From an uncultured bacterium (GTDB taxonomy: Bacteria; Fibrobacterota; Chitinivibrionia; Chitinivibrionales; JANQEN01), in assembly GCA_965372145.1 (NCBI GenBank), contig CBDVBE010000002.1, forward strand, positions 1 to 52,440: DNA of 52,440 nt, written 5' to 3'. Made by a program: the position numbers and the translations under genes. Of the stretch, positions 24,528-33,954 are shown one piece after another. Numbering within the stretch: position 1 is the first letter of the stretch; each line of letters starts with the position of its first letter. The notes beneath the pieces were generated by a model. It searched no databases and was not told the DNA's origin. It saw only the letters and a program-made list of their open reading frames with translations.

Positions 24528-24650
24528 TTTATTTTACTCCTTAAGGTAGGCAACTACTATATCTGCTGATTTTTTTTGCTATCCCCTCGTAAGAATTTGC
24601 CGGAAATATTAAAGTAATTAATTCTTATATAATATATTCCTCGCCCTATG

Positions 24651-24723
24651 TAAATGGAGGATATAAACGGACAATAGGAAGTTTAAATGAGCAATAGGAT
24701 GTTTTACATCCATTTCGAATTAT
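24651..24723 (-). repeat. Recombination-site-like repeat, copy A (palindromic core plus ~20-nt iterons)
   Basis: The minus strand reads ATAATTCGAAATGGATGTAAAACATCCTATTGCTCATTTAAACTTCCTATTGTCCGTTTATATCCTCCATTTA. Its first ~40 nt match 50642-50680 with 3 differences, and the homology continues for ~20 nt more. Confidence 0.7.
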
Positions 24724-24766
24724 CCTTTAGTTACTTCCATATTTCAGTAATAGGGATAATGTACTA

Positions 24767-25192
24767 TCAATCGCGCATACTGACCGGTTTACCGAGGATT
24801 TCCGACCAGATAACAGCTTTTCTCAGGCGCGCTGTTGTATCAGTGATTTGTGCCGATAGACTATGGGTATATGGATTGTAGGGGTCTTTTTCTTTTTCTA
24901 CGGGTTTGGAGGGCTCTATTTTGATTTCAGGAATTGTTGCTTCAGGATCAATTTCATCTAGTACATTGTCAAAAGTACCGGCCTGTTCCAATACCTCATT
25001 CTGCGGTTGCATTTCGGAAAAAAAAGTGCCAAGAGTGCTCTGGAGGTTTCCAAGAAACGGGTTCCGCGGTTTAGGTTTTTTTGAAGTATCCGACGGTGTT
25101 TGCTGCTGTTTCTTCTTTTTCTTTGCCGCCATAGCAATAATTGTCCAGATAACCAGAAATATAATAGGTATTAATTTTTCAAAGGATTCCAT
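24767..25192 (-). CDS. Membrane-anchored hypothetical protein (last gene of the NfeD/FloA operon)
   Basis: An N-terminal TM helix is followed by a Lys run (AAKKKKKQQQ), a low-complexity linker and a conserved-looking C-terminus, LRKAVIWSEILGKPVSMRD. Confidence 0.5.
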   Translation of the reverse strand: MESFEKLIPIIFLVIWTIIAMAAKKKKKQQQTPSDTSKKPKPRNPFLGNLQSTLGTFFSEMQPQNEVLEQAGTFDNVLDEIDPEATIPEIKIEPSKPVEKEKDPYNPYTHSLSAQITDTTARLRKAVIWSEILGKPVSMRD

Positions 25193-25271
25193 ATTAAATC
25201 CGATCGGGAAAGATTGTATTACCGTGAAGATTTCTCAGTATACAAATACGGTAATACAATCTATTAAAAAA

Positions 25272-26261
25272 TTATTTCTTCTTTTCTGCATCATCAGGTT
25301 TGCCGCCAATTGCATTACGCATTTGGGTATCAGCAGCGATGTTTTTCATTTTATAATAATCCATAATACCAAGGTTACCCTGCCTGAAAGCTTCAGCCAT
25401 CGCAAGCGGTACCTGGGCTTCAGCTTCAACTACCTTAGCACGCATTTCCTGTACCCTGGCTATCATTTCCTGCTCGGCAGCAATAGCCATTGCCCGTCGT
25501 TCTTCCGCTTTTGCCTGGGCAATCTTTTTATCAGCTTCAGCACGGTCAGTTTCAAGCTCTGCACCGATATTTTTACCCACATCAACATCCGCGATATCAA
25601 TCGAAAGAATTTCAAAAGCGGTCCCGGAGTCCAGCCCTTTTTCGAGTACGCGTTTAGAAATAGTATCAGGATTTTCAAGTACGGACTTATGTGATGCTGC
25701 TGAACCGATTGTTGTCACAATTCCCTCACCAACACGGGCCAGAATGGTCTCTTCACCGGCGCCACCGACTAACCTGTCAATATTTGCCCGTACGGTGACG
25801 CGAGAAATCGCTTTTAGCTGAATGCCATCTTTAGCGACTGCTGCAACCAGCGGTGTCTCAATGACTTTTGGATTAACGCTCATCTGTACTGCTTCCAATA
25901 CATGACGACCTGCAAGGTCTATCGCAGCCGCGCGTTTGAAATCCAGCGGGATATTTGCCTTGTCTGCAGCTATAAGTGCCTGAACAACGCGCATGACATT
26001 ACCACCGGCAAGGAAGTGTGATTCCAGGTCGTCAGGGCTTATTTCGATCCCGGCTTTTACCGCCATTATTTTTGATTCTACAATAAGTTTCGGCGGTACT
26101 TTCCGAAACCGCATGAAGACAATGTTAAGCAGACCGACTTTGGCGCCGGAAACCAGAGACTGAAACCAGAGTGAAATAGAACCGAGCGCAAAAAAGACAA
26201 ACAAAAGGAGAACAAACCCGAGAATGCCAATAAAAATGGTACTGATATTCATACGTCCCAC
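25272..26261 (-). CDS. floA: Flotillin-like protein FloA (SPFH family, UPF0365)
   Basis: An N-terminal TM helix, then [45 protein letters not shown]...[14 protein letters not shown], matching YqfA/FloA. Confidence 0.85.
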   Translation of the reverse strand: MGRMNISTIFIGILGFVLLLFVFFALGSISLWFQSLVSGAKVGLLNIVFMRFRKVPPKLIVESKIMAVKAGIEISPDDLESHFLAGGNVMRVVQALIAADKANIPLDFKRAAAIDLAGRHVLEAVQMSVNPKVIETPLVAAVAKDGIQLKAISRVTVRANIDRLVGGAGEETILARVGEGIVTTIGSAASHKSVLENPDTISKRVLEKGLDSGTAFEILSIDIADVDVGKNIGAELETDRAEADKKIAQAKAEERRAMAIAAEQEMIARVQEMRAKVVEAEAQVPLAMAEAFRQGNLGIMDYYKMKNIAADTQMRNAIGGKPDDAEKKK

Positions 26262-26279
26262 CTTTCCTTAAATTAAATT

Positions 26280-26765
26280 TTATGTATCCGTTTCCAGTTT
26301 GTTAACAACAATTCGATTGCCATTTACCGATGCAACGATAATGGCTGTATTTTTCTCAAAATAGTCGCCCTCGGAGACTACATCAAAACGTTTATTTCCT
26401 ATGATAGCTCTACCTGCCGGACGAAGGTCATGTATCACGGTACCGGTTTTTCCGATAAGGCTTTGCAGGTCATTGTCCTGCGAAGTAACCCCTTCCTGCC
26501 TGGAAAGCGTTTTTTTCAGAGTAAGCGGTGAATTAGCAAGAATCTTAATGCCGATCAGAACAAGAATCGGAAATATAATAACATCTGCACTGACAAAAAT
26601 AAATCCGACGCCTGTTGAAATGCAAAACGCTAAATACAGTGAATATCCACAAACTGCGCATGCGGCAACCGTAAGAATGCCACCCGAAGGAAGGACAAAT
26701 TCTGCGAGTATAATAATCACCCCTAAAAGTTGAAGACCGATCGGCAGCAGAAGTTTACTCAACAT
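26280..26765 (-). CDS. NfeD-like membrane protein (OB-fold C-terminus)
   Basis: Three TM helices plus GKTGTVIHDLRPAGRAIIGNKRFDVVSEGDYFEKNTAIIVASVNGNRIVV. Confidence 0.75.
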   Translation of the reverse strand: MLSKLLLPIGLQLLGVIIILAEFVLPSGGILTVAACAVCGYSLYLAFCISTGVGFIFVSADVIIFPILVLIGIKILANSPLTLKKTLSRQEGVTSQDNDLQSLIGKTGTVIHDLRPAGRAIIGNKRFDVVSEGDYFEKNTAIIVASVNGNRIVVNKLETDT

Positions 26766-28251
26766 TTTCAGTTCCTTTTATAACGACAATACGATTACCA
26801 ATGATTTCGGTGACGGTCACGGATTCGCCCTTGACAACAAACTCTCCGTCAGTAACAACATCATAGACCATATCACCGAATCGTACACTGCCTGACGGAC
26901 GCAGTGTTTTTGTAACAACACCCCTGTCGCCCGCAGAAATGTCGAGGGATGATGCTGAAGTGACATGTGATTCGGCAAGAGTCGCTGAGAGGTAAGGGCC
27001 GGGGATCAGTTTTGACATTCTTGGAAACAGGTAACGAAAAAAGAGAACAATGAGTATTACCGAGCCGAACATGCTGATAAGGATGGTTGAAATATTTTTT
27101 TGAAGCAGTTCCTTTTGCCAGGGGAGTTCCGGCTTTGGGATAACAAAGTCCTGCAGGGAAAGGATCATTCCGACGGCCATGAATGCCATACCTGCAATAC
27201 CGATGACGCCAAAACCCGGAATAACAAAAAGCTCAACACCGAGTAATAAAATACCGATGACTATAAACAGCATTTCAGTGTAATCGGCCAGCCCAACCAT
27301 ATACTGACTGCCAAAAACAAGTGCAAGGCATATAATGCCGATAATACCAGGCAACCCGAAGCCCGGGGCCTTTAACTCCGTATAGAGAGCGGCAAACCCG
27401 ATCATCATCAGTATTGGTGCGATCGTACCGATAAAACTGACAAATCTTTCCGACCAGTTTGTTTCTATTCGTGTCAACGTATAGTCTTCAATATGTAAGG
27501 CGGTAAGGAGTTCTTCGATATTGTCCACACTGCCAAAAGAGAATCCAAGATCAGCCGCTTCCTGATCATCCATAGTTAAGAGCTCACCACGTTTAACTAT
27601 GGTCTTTTTTGATACGATACGTCTCTTCTCGGCTGGAGTCAGGTCTGCAAATCCTGTAGAATCAACATAGATGACCGTATCAGGCAGGGTAACTTTCATT
27701 ACAATCATTTGTGCCGTGACCATCGCTTCCGCTAGTAGTGCCGGATAGTTATTTCGCTTTGCCAGTGCGCGGAATCTGGCACGTAAAGGAGACTGGAATT
27801 TCTCACCGAGCATTTGCGGGCCCTCTTTGGAATAGGTGATAGGGGCACAATCGCCAATGGTGGTATTATGCTTCATTGCGAGTTTACTGCAGGCAAGTGC
27901 AATGAGGGATCCGGCAGAGATGGCCCTGTTTTTTACGTAGGCAATCGTTCTGCCGACAGGAAGCGATGAAAGAGTATCCACGATTTGCAGTGCAGCATCA
28001 ACCCGTCCGCCGAATGTATCCATTTCAAGGATAAAGAGCGTGTTAGCGTCTGATTGATGATCCCGTAATGCCCTGCCGATATATGCTGCTAATGCCGGAT
28101 CTACATTACCGGAAACCGGAATGATAATAACGTTCCTTTTTACTTCATTAACACTGTCAACCTGTGCTGACAGGGAGGTACCAAATGCGAAAATGAATAG
28201 AAAAAGTACGGGATACACTAAGGATTTAATACTATAATATAGAGATTGCAT
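26755..28251 (-). CDS. NfeD-family membrane-bound ClpP-class serine protease
   Basis: Signal peptide, a ClpP-like domain (MDTFGGRVDAAL..., AISAGSLIALAC), a TM bundle and a C-terminal NfeD OB-fold (LRPSGSVRFGDMVYDVVTDGEFV). Confidence 0.8.
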   Translation of the reverse strand: MQSLYYSIKSLVYPVLFLFIFAFGTSLSAQVDSVNEVKRNVIIIPVSGNVDPALAAYIGRALRDHQSDANTLFILEMDTFGGRVDAALQIVDTLSSLPVGRTIAYVKNRAISAGSLIALACSKLAMKHNTTIGDCAPITYSKEGPQMLGEKFQSPLRARFRALAKRNNYPALLAEAMVTAQMIVMKVTLPDTVIYVDSTGFADLTPAEKRRIVSKKTIVKRGELLTMDDQEAADLGFSFGSVDNIEELLTALHIEDYTLTRIETNWSERFVSFIGTIAPILMMIGFAALYTELKAPGFGLPGIIGIICLALVFGSQYMVGLADYTEMLFIVIGILLLGVELFVIPGFGVIGIAGMAFMAVGMILSLQDFVIPKPELPWQKELLQKNISTILISMFGSVILIVLFFRYLFPRMSKLIPGPYLSATLAESHVTSASSLDISAGDRGVVTKTLRPSGSVRFGDMVYDVVTDGEFVVKGESVTVTEIIGNRIVVIKGTENVE

Positions 28252-28331
28252 AAGTACAAAATATCGTTTGTGTTGTAGGGTGAGTCAATAAAATTTGTAT
28301 ACAATATAGTATTTAATACCAGTGGAGAGAT

Positions 28332-28601
28332 ATGGATACATTCCGTTCGACGATGTGTTACCCGAATGTGCAGGAAATGATATTAGCCGGTGGCGAGGAT
28401 TCGCGTCCTCATCCCTTTAACAAGGAGCGGGTAAAACCGGCAGTGCCCTCAGGGTGAAAATACCGGATTATCGATAGAAAAGTACGGGTCATGCCGGGTG
28501 ACGGAATCGGTTATAATCTTGAGGAAGACAGGAAACGCTTTTTTGTTAGTGATTCGGGAATCGTTGTCCTTTGTCAGCCATCACGTTCCTACCTCCAATA
28601 A
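28332..28601 (+). pseudogene. glgC: Relic of glucose-1-phosphate adenylyltransferase (glgC) with an in-frame stop and a large internal deletion
   Basis: In-frame reading gives [82 protein letters not shown]. The GlgC N-terminal signature (ILAGG..RL.PLT..RAKPAVPFGGKYRIID) is joined directly to a GlgC C-terminal-like tail. Confidence 0.65.
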
Positions 28602-28855
28602 ATAAAACCTGCTGGTAACAGATATGCACAAATTGTGCAAAGGATTTTATTGCAATTTTTACTGGATTTAATGATGCCCATTAGTATTTTTTTAAAACAA
28701 GTGGTTGTTTCTCGATGTGGCGTTAAAATCCTATCCGTACCTTGATAATATCAAGGGTTGAATATACTTTAATTGTATGCTGAATAAGAAACGGTTAAAT
28801 TAGATATAGCGCCCCATTGTTTGCATAGTACAACCTTTCACAAATAAATATTATT

Positions 28856-29695
28856 ATGCAGTCAAAATCAGAAGCCCTCTATTTCAGGGATATAAACCGC
28901 TACAAAGTCCTCACCGATGAAGAGGAACTTGTACTGGTAAAGGCAATTCAGGACGGGAAACCCGGCGCTACGAATAAACTGGTTGTCTGTAACCTGCGCT
29001 TTGTGGTTAGTGTAGCGCGTCGTTATCGCGGGCGCGGTTTGAGTTACCTGGAACTTATTAACGAGGGGAATATCGGCCTTCTGAAGGCTGCAAAACGCTT
29101 TGATATTAAGAAACAGGTAAAATTCATTTCCTATGCGGTGTGGTGGATACGTCAGTCTATCCAGAAAGCTATTTTTGAGCAGGCAGGTACTGTTCGAATA
29201 CCTTTGAATAAGATTGCCCTGGTGAACCGATTTAAGAAAGCGCTGGATGCCAATAAAGGAAATTATAATAAGACAATGATGTTGGATGAGTTCAGGAAAT
29301 ATGAACAGGAAATCGTTGATGTTATGGATAAAACACGGGGGATCTCTCTTGATTCTCCGATTGCAAAAGAGAATAACTCGGAAGATAATATAAAAACACT
29401 GCAGGATGTGCTGGGAGAAAAACCGAATCAGGATGAAGAGAGTGAGCGCAGGGAACTCTCCACTATTCTTGAGAATGTAATGCAGAATATTACCAGCCGT
29501 GAGGAAAGAATTTTACGGATGTACTATGGGCTCAATTTTTCCCGCCAGTTTACCCTTGAAGAAATAGGCAATGAACTCAGCTTGACCCGGGAACGAGTGC
29601 GCCTTATCAGAGATAGGTCCCTCAGAAAACTTTACAAAAACCAGACTTCACGGGAAAAGCTATTTCCCTTTATGAACCAAAATATAGATGAATAA
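28856..29695 (+). CDS. Sigma-70 family RNA polymerase sigma factor (short RpoD-like, no region 1.1)
   Basis: Regions 1.2-2.4 (LVVCNLRFVVSVARRYRGRGLSYLELINEGNIGLLKAAKRFD...FISYAVWWIRQSI), region 3, and region 4 (TLEEIGNELSLTRERVRLIRDRSLRKL). Confidence 0.85.
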   Translation: MQSKSEALYFRDINRYKVLTDEEELVLVKAIQDGKPGATNKLVVCNLRFVVSVARRYRGRGLSYLELINEGNIGLLKAAKRFDIKKQVKFISYAVWWIRQSIQKAIFEQAGTVRIPLNKIALVNRFKKALDANKGNYNKTMMLDEFRKYEQEIVDVMDKTRGISLDSPIAKENNSEDNIKTLQDVLGEKPNQDEESERRELSTILENVMQNITSREERILRMYYGLNFSRQFTLEEIGNELSLTRERVRLIRDRSLRKLYKNQTSREKLFPFMNQNIDE

Positions 29696-29700
29696 CGGTA

Positions 29701-31704
29701 TTAAAGATTAATGGTATAATCACGTAACATTTTCAGGAATGCAGCTTCATCGATAATATCAATTCCCAGTTGTTGTGCCTTATTAAATTTTGATCCGGGT
29801 TCTTTTCCTGCAATTACTGCTGCAGTTTTTTTACTTACCGATGAAGAAACCTTTCCTCCCAGTTTTTCTATATACTCTTGTGCCTGGTCACGAGTGAATT
29901 CCTCAAGACTGCCGGTTAGGACATACGTTTTTCCGGTCAACGGCCGTGGTGCTTCTGATTCCTGATCTTTATCACCGCTACAATTGACTCCAGCTGCTCG
30001 CAAACGGTTAACAAGTTCTCTGTTTTTCTCCTGTTGAAAATATAATGTAACACTTGCAGCCATGTTTGGCCCGATGGTATCTAATGCAGTAAGCTGTTCG
30101 ACAGTCATTGCCGCCAAATCCTTAATATCATCAACTGCTGCTGCGAGAATTTTTGCTGATTGAGCACCTATCATACGGATGCCAAGGCCGTGGATCAGGC
30201 GGTGGAGGGGATTCTTTTTTGCATTGTTGATTGCGGTTACTGCATTCTCCGCTGATTTTGTACCCATACGTTCCAATTCTTTGAGCGCATCAGTTGAAAG
30301 GGTAAAAAGGTCTGCAGGAGTTGAAACTAAATTCGTGGTAATAAGTTGTTCAATAATAGCGGGTCCGAGTCCTTCAATATTCATTGCTTCGCGGGAGACA
30401 AAATGGTTCAGCGACGCAAATATCTGTGCCGGGCATGAAGTATTTATACAACGAAGAGCAACTTCACCCTCAATTCGAATAAGGGAAGACCGGCATGAAG
30501 GACAGGTGTCTGGTGGTGTAAAAGAGGTATCTGTCGTTCGTTTATCGCGTGAAACTACCCGTATTACTTTAGGGATGATCTCACCGCTCTTTTCTATTTC
30601 AACAATGTCTCCAACCTGAATGTCGAGGCGGGCAATTTCATCATAATTATGCAGGGTGGCATTTCGAATCGTTGAACCTGATAACAGAACCGGTTGTAAC
30701 CGGGCAACCGGTGTTATCACACCGGTCCTGCCTACCTGGGCATCTATTGAGAACACTTCCGTTTCCGCTGTTTCCGGCTGATATTTATAGGCAATAATCC
30801 AGCGTGGACTCTTTGCAGTGGCGCCAAGATCGCTTTGCTGCTCCAGGTTGTTCACTTTAATGACAACCCCATCGACAGGATAGGACAGGTCGTTTCTTTT
30901 CTCGTTCCACTCATTACAAAAATGAATCACTTTTTCTGCTGAAGTTAGAGGCTCAGAGTGGATTACCGTTGGGAAACCCTGTTGCGCGAGAAACGTGAGG
31001 TTGTCGCTATGGCTTTGGATATGAGATTCAGAGAGCAGGAAGTGTGTTGCAAAACTGAGACGCCGTTTGGCAACTTCTCTGGGATCAAGAGATTTTACCG
31101 TTCCGGCTGTGGTGTTGCGAGGGTTCTGCATTGGCTGCTGGCCGTTTTCGGTAAGTGATTCATTAAGCCGCTGAAAGTTTTCAAATGTCATATAAATCTC
31201 ACCGCGCACTTCAAATGAACCCGGGAAGTCGACTACGAGAGGTAAGGAACGAATCGTACGAACATTGTTGGTAATATCATCGCCGATGGTACCGTTACCC
31301 CGGGTTACAGCCTGTACGAGTTTCCCGTTCACATATCGTATTGCGCAGGCAATGCCGTCAATCTTCAATTCTCCTATGAAAGTGATATCATCGGTGCCGA
31401 TATTTTTTCCGGTACGTTTAATCCACTCAAGAAGTTCCTCTTCCGAATAGGTGTTATCGATACTCATCATGGGAGTGCTGTGTTCGACTTTGGTAAACTC
31501 TCTCGTAAGGTCATCACCGATACGCCGGGTGGGGGAGTCAGGTTCTACAAGGTTAGAGAGATTTGTTTCAAGCTCTACTAACTCATGATATAATTCATCG
31601 TATTCTTTATCGGGGATGAGTGATTCGCCACGGCCATAGTAGGCTGTATCGTATTTCCTGATGAGAGAATAAAGTTCCGTGATGCGATCTTGAGGAGATT
31701 TCAT
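29701..31704 (-). CDS. ligA: NAD-dependent DNA ligase
   Basis: Adenylation motif ELKIDG, Zn-finger CPSC...C..C, HhH repeats and a C-terminal BRCT. 667 aa. Confidence 0.95.
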   Translation of the reverse strand: MKSPQDRITELYSLIRKYDTAYYGRGESLIPDKEYDELYHELVELETNLSNLVEPDSPTRRIGDDLTREFTKVEHSTPMMSIDNTYSEEELLEWIKRTGKNIGTDDITFIGELKIDGIACAIRYVNGKLVQAVTRGNGTIGDDITNNVRTIRSLPLVVDFPGSFEVRGEIYMTFENFQRLNESLTENGQQPMQNPRNTTAGTVKSLDPREVAKRRLSFATHFLLSESHIQSHSDNLTFLAQQGFPTVIHSEPLTSAEKVIHFCNEWNEKRNDLSYPVDGVVIKVNNLEQQSDLGATAKSPRWIIAYKYQPETAETEVFSIDAQVGRTGVITPVARLQPVLLSGSTIRNATLHNYDEIARLDIQVGDIVEIEKSGEIIPKVIRVVSRDKRTTDTSFTPPDTCPSCRSSLIRIEGEVALRCINTSCPAQIFASLNHFVSREAMNIEGLGPAIIEQLITTNLVSTPADLFTLSTDALKELERMGTKSAENAVTAINNAKKNPLHRLIHGLGIRMIGAQSAKILAAAVDDIKDLAAMTVEQLTALDTIGPNMAASVTLYFQQEKNRELVNRLRAAGVNCSGDKDQESEAPRPLTGKTYVLTGSLEEFTRDQAQEYIEKLGGKVSSSVSKKTAAVIAGKEPGSKFNKAQQLGIDIIDEAAFLKMLRDYTINL

Positions 31705-31706
31705 AA

Positions 31707-32666
31707 TTAGCTGAGTTTGTTAACTGCGATTGATGCAGAGCCGATAATTCCGGCATCATTTTTTAATTTTGCCTGTACTACTTTCACAGCCCGCGCGGGG
31801 ACCGTATAGGCACGTTTCATCATTTCATTTCTTGCCGGTTCGAGAAGAAGATCACCGGCATTTGCAATACCGCCGCCAATGACGATAATTTCAGGATTAA
31901 GAATATTGATATATGACGCAAGTGCTATGCCAAGATAGGTGCCGACTTCAGATAAAACAAGTTTAGAGAGGTTATCTCCGGCCTGTGCTGCCATGGCAAT
32001 AGCTTTAGGGGTAATTTCACCATCATCAAGAAATTGGTTGATAGTACTTTCCATTTCCTTATGGAAGTGATATGCTTTAAAACGGTCTATGATCCCGTCT
32101 TTATTGGCATATCGTTCAATACAGCCATAGCTGCCGCAGTTACAGAGTAATCCGTTGCTGTCAATTGTCATATGGCCCAGTTCGCCTGCGGTGAATGATG
32201 TTCCCTGATATAACCTGCCGTTCAGTATAAGTCCACCACCTATACCGGTACCCAGGGTAAGTGCGATAATATTGGTATACCCTTTTGCAGCGCCGTAAAA
32301 AAATTCACCCAGCGCCATGGCATTGACATCATTATCAAGAAAAGTCGGCAGCTTAATAATTTTCTCTATTGCCGGAGTAAGGTAGTAACCGTTCAGCATC
32401 TTAAGGTTTGTTACAAATATAAGTTGCCCTGTTTCGGGATTAAGGAGACCGGGTGCACCAATACCCGCACCAATAATCTCTTTAATTGGGATGCTGCTTT
32501 CAGAGATGGTCTGTAATACGCATTTGCCGAAATGAGCAACCAGAGCGTCTGCATCAGAACTGATATTTGATTCATATGAACGCTTGATTTGAATATTGCC
32601 CCTATCATCTGTAATACCAACTTTAATAGCAGTGCCACCCAGATCAATGCCAAGATAGTAACTCAT
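31707..32666 (-). CDS. ROK-family glucokinase
   Basis: GIDLGGTAIKVG ATP-binding N-terminus, ROK Zn motif GHMTID..GLLCNCGSYGCIE. 319 aa. Confidence 0.85.
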   Translation of the reverse strand: MSYYLGIDLGGTAIKVGITDDRGNIQIKRSYESNISSDADALVAHFGKCVLQTISESSIPIKEIIGAGIGAPGLLNPETGQLIFVTNLKMLNGYYLTPAIEKIIKLPTFLDNDVNAMALGEFFYGAAKGYTNIIALTLGTGIGGGLILNGRLYQGTSFTAGELGHMTIDSNGLLCNCGSYGCIERYANKDGIIDRFKAYHFHKEMESTINQFLDDGEITPKAIAMAAQAGDNLSKLVLSEVGTYLGIALASYINILNPEIIVIGGGIANAGDLLLEPARNEMMKRAYTVPARAVKVVQAKLKNDAGIIGSASIAVNKLS

Positions 32667-32784
32667 TATTTATCTCCTGCTTATACTGTAATCAAAACTA
32701 AATTATCAAAATCAAAAATAATTCATTGTGGTGAAAGTATATATGAATATAAGGAAGAATTATACCTGGAATAATCAGGATAAA

Positions 32785-32995
32785 CTATTTAGTGTCTGTC
32801 CGAAAACGTCATTCCCGCACGTTTCTGGCGGGAAACTACAAAAACTATAATAGAAACAACCTGAAAGGTTGAACCTCTCTAATGTTCAGAATGAAATGAC
32901 AATCCAGTGTTTTTTGACAAATAGAAGCATGGATTCCCGACACAAACATTCGGGAATGACCTTAAAAAGGTGGTGTTTGGCGAGAAACTATTTAG
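32785..32995. mobile_element. MITE-like palindromic element (copy 2), abutting or overlapping the nagB stop codon
   Basis: Left terminus CTATTTAGTGTCTGTCCGAAAAC (32785-32807) with an imperfect inverse at 32973-32995. Subterminal hairpins TTCCCGC-N9-GCGGGAA and ATTCCCGA-N9-TCGGGAAT. AAACTATTTAGT occurs at both ends. Confidence 0.6.
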
Positions 32996-33785
32996 TCGAT
33001 TCCCGGTACTGCGCCCATTCAGGCTCATTCTCAAAGATCCACCGGTAGTGTTTTTTCCCATCCAGCAATTCTGCAGCTTCCTCATCACAGATGACTGTAC
33101 AGTGGGGATGCAATTGCAGTGCTGATGCGGTAACCATGGAGGTGATCGGTCCTTCAACCGCTTTTTTAAGGATTTCTGCTTTTTTGAATCCGGTTACCAG
33201 CATAAGACAGCGCTTGCTCTCGAGTATGGTACCGACTCCCATGGTTATAGCCCTGCGCGGCATTTCATCCGGATTGTCAAAGAGCGGCCTGTTTTGTTCC
33301 ATTGTCTCTGGGGTAAGTGCTTTTACCCGTGTCCGTGATTTTAATGCGGAAAGGGGCTCATTAAATCCGATATGTCCTGCGCGGCCTATACCAAGCAGTT
33401 GTAAATCGATACCGCCACACTGTTGGGTAAGTTTATCATACCTGTCGCACTCCTCTTCAATATCTTCCGCCATGCCATGCGGGACATGGGTATTGCGAAT
33501 GTCAATATTCACTTTGTTAAAAAGGTTTTTATTCATATAGGATCGATAGGAGTTTTTACCATCACTGGGGATGCCGACATATTCATCCAGGTTGAAAGTA
33601 CGGCAGAGAGAAAAATCGAGGTCGTGGTTCTCATGAAGGTCCACGAGAACCGGATAGACCAATTCCATGGTCCTGCCCGTTGCAAGGCCGAGGACAAGGT
33701 GCGGCATTTTCCTCAATGCCGAAGCAATAACCTGTGCAGTAAGGTACGCTGCTGCGTGTTCGTCTTTCCGGATGATAACTTCCAT
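32988..33785 (-). CDS. nagB: Glucosamine-6-phosphate deaminase
   Basis: LGLATGRTM, FNLDEYVGI and a 265-aa NagB-wide pattern. Confidence 0.9.
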   Translation of the reverse strand: MEVIIRKDEHAAAYLTAQVIASALRKMPHLVLGLATGRTMELVYPVLVDLHENHDLDFSLCRTFNLDEYVGIPSDGKNSYRSYMNKNLFNKVNIDIRNTHVPHGMAEDIEEECDRYDKLTQQCGGIDLQLLGIGRAGHIGFNEPLSALKSRTRVKALTPETMEQNRPLFDNPDEMPRRAITMGVGTILESKRCLMLVTGFKKAEILKKAVEGPITSMVTASALQLHPHCTVICDEEAAELLDGKKHYRWIFENEPEWAQYRESTK

Positions 33786-33954
33786 ATCATGTATACCCTT
33801 TTGTTGGGAATAACGAGGTTACAAATTTAAAAAGGAGTTATATGTACTTAATTATATAATCCAGTGGTTTGGTGTTCCCAGTGCTTTTTAAAAAAGTTTG
33901 ATAATAAAAATATAGTTCTCCAGTACAATATACTACAGAGATTATTTTTTAATA

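Noticed and set aside
24906-25694. 262-aa plus-strand ORF
   Set aside because: It is antisense to floA and the downstream membrane-protein gene, is low in complexity, and has no recognisable domain.
28262-28855. An intact small gene or sRNA in the 600-bp spacer between the nfeD-like gene and the sigma factor gene
   Set aside because: The only coherent reading is the interrupted glgC-like frame. The remainder has no ORF or obvious structure, so it is treated as a pseudogene plus promoter region.
32879-33157. 92-aa minus-strand ORF overlapping the nagB 3' end
   Set aside because: It reads through the MITE-like element (the SFPNVCVGNP-type translated hairpin) and overlaps the well-supported nagB gene in another frame.
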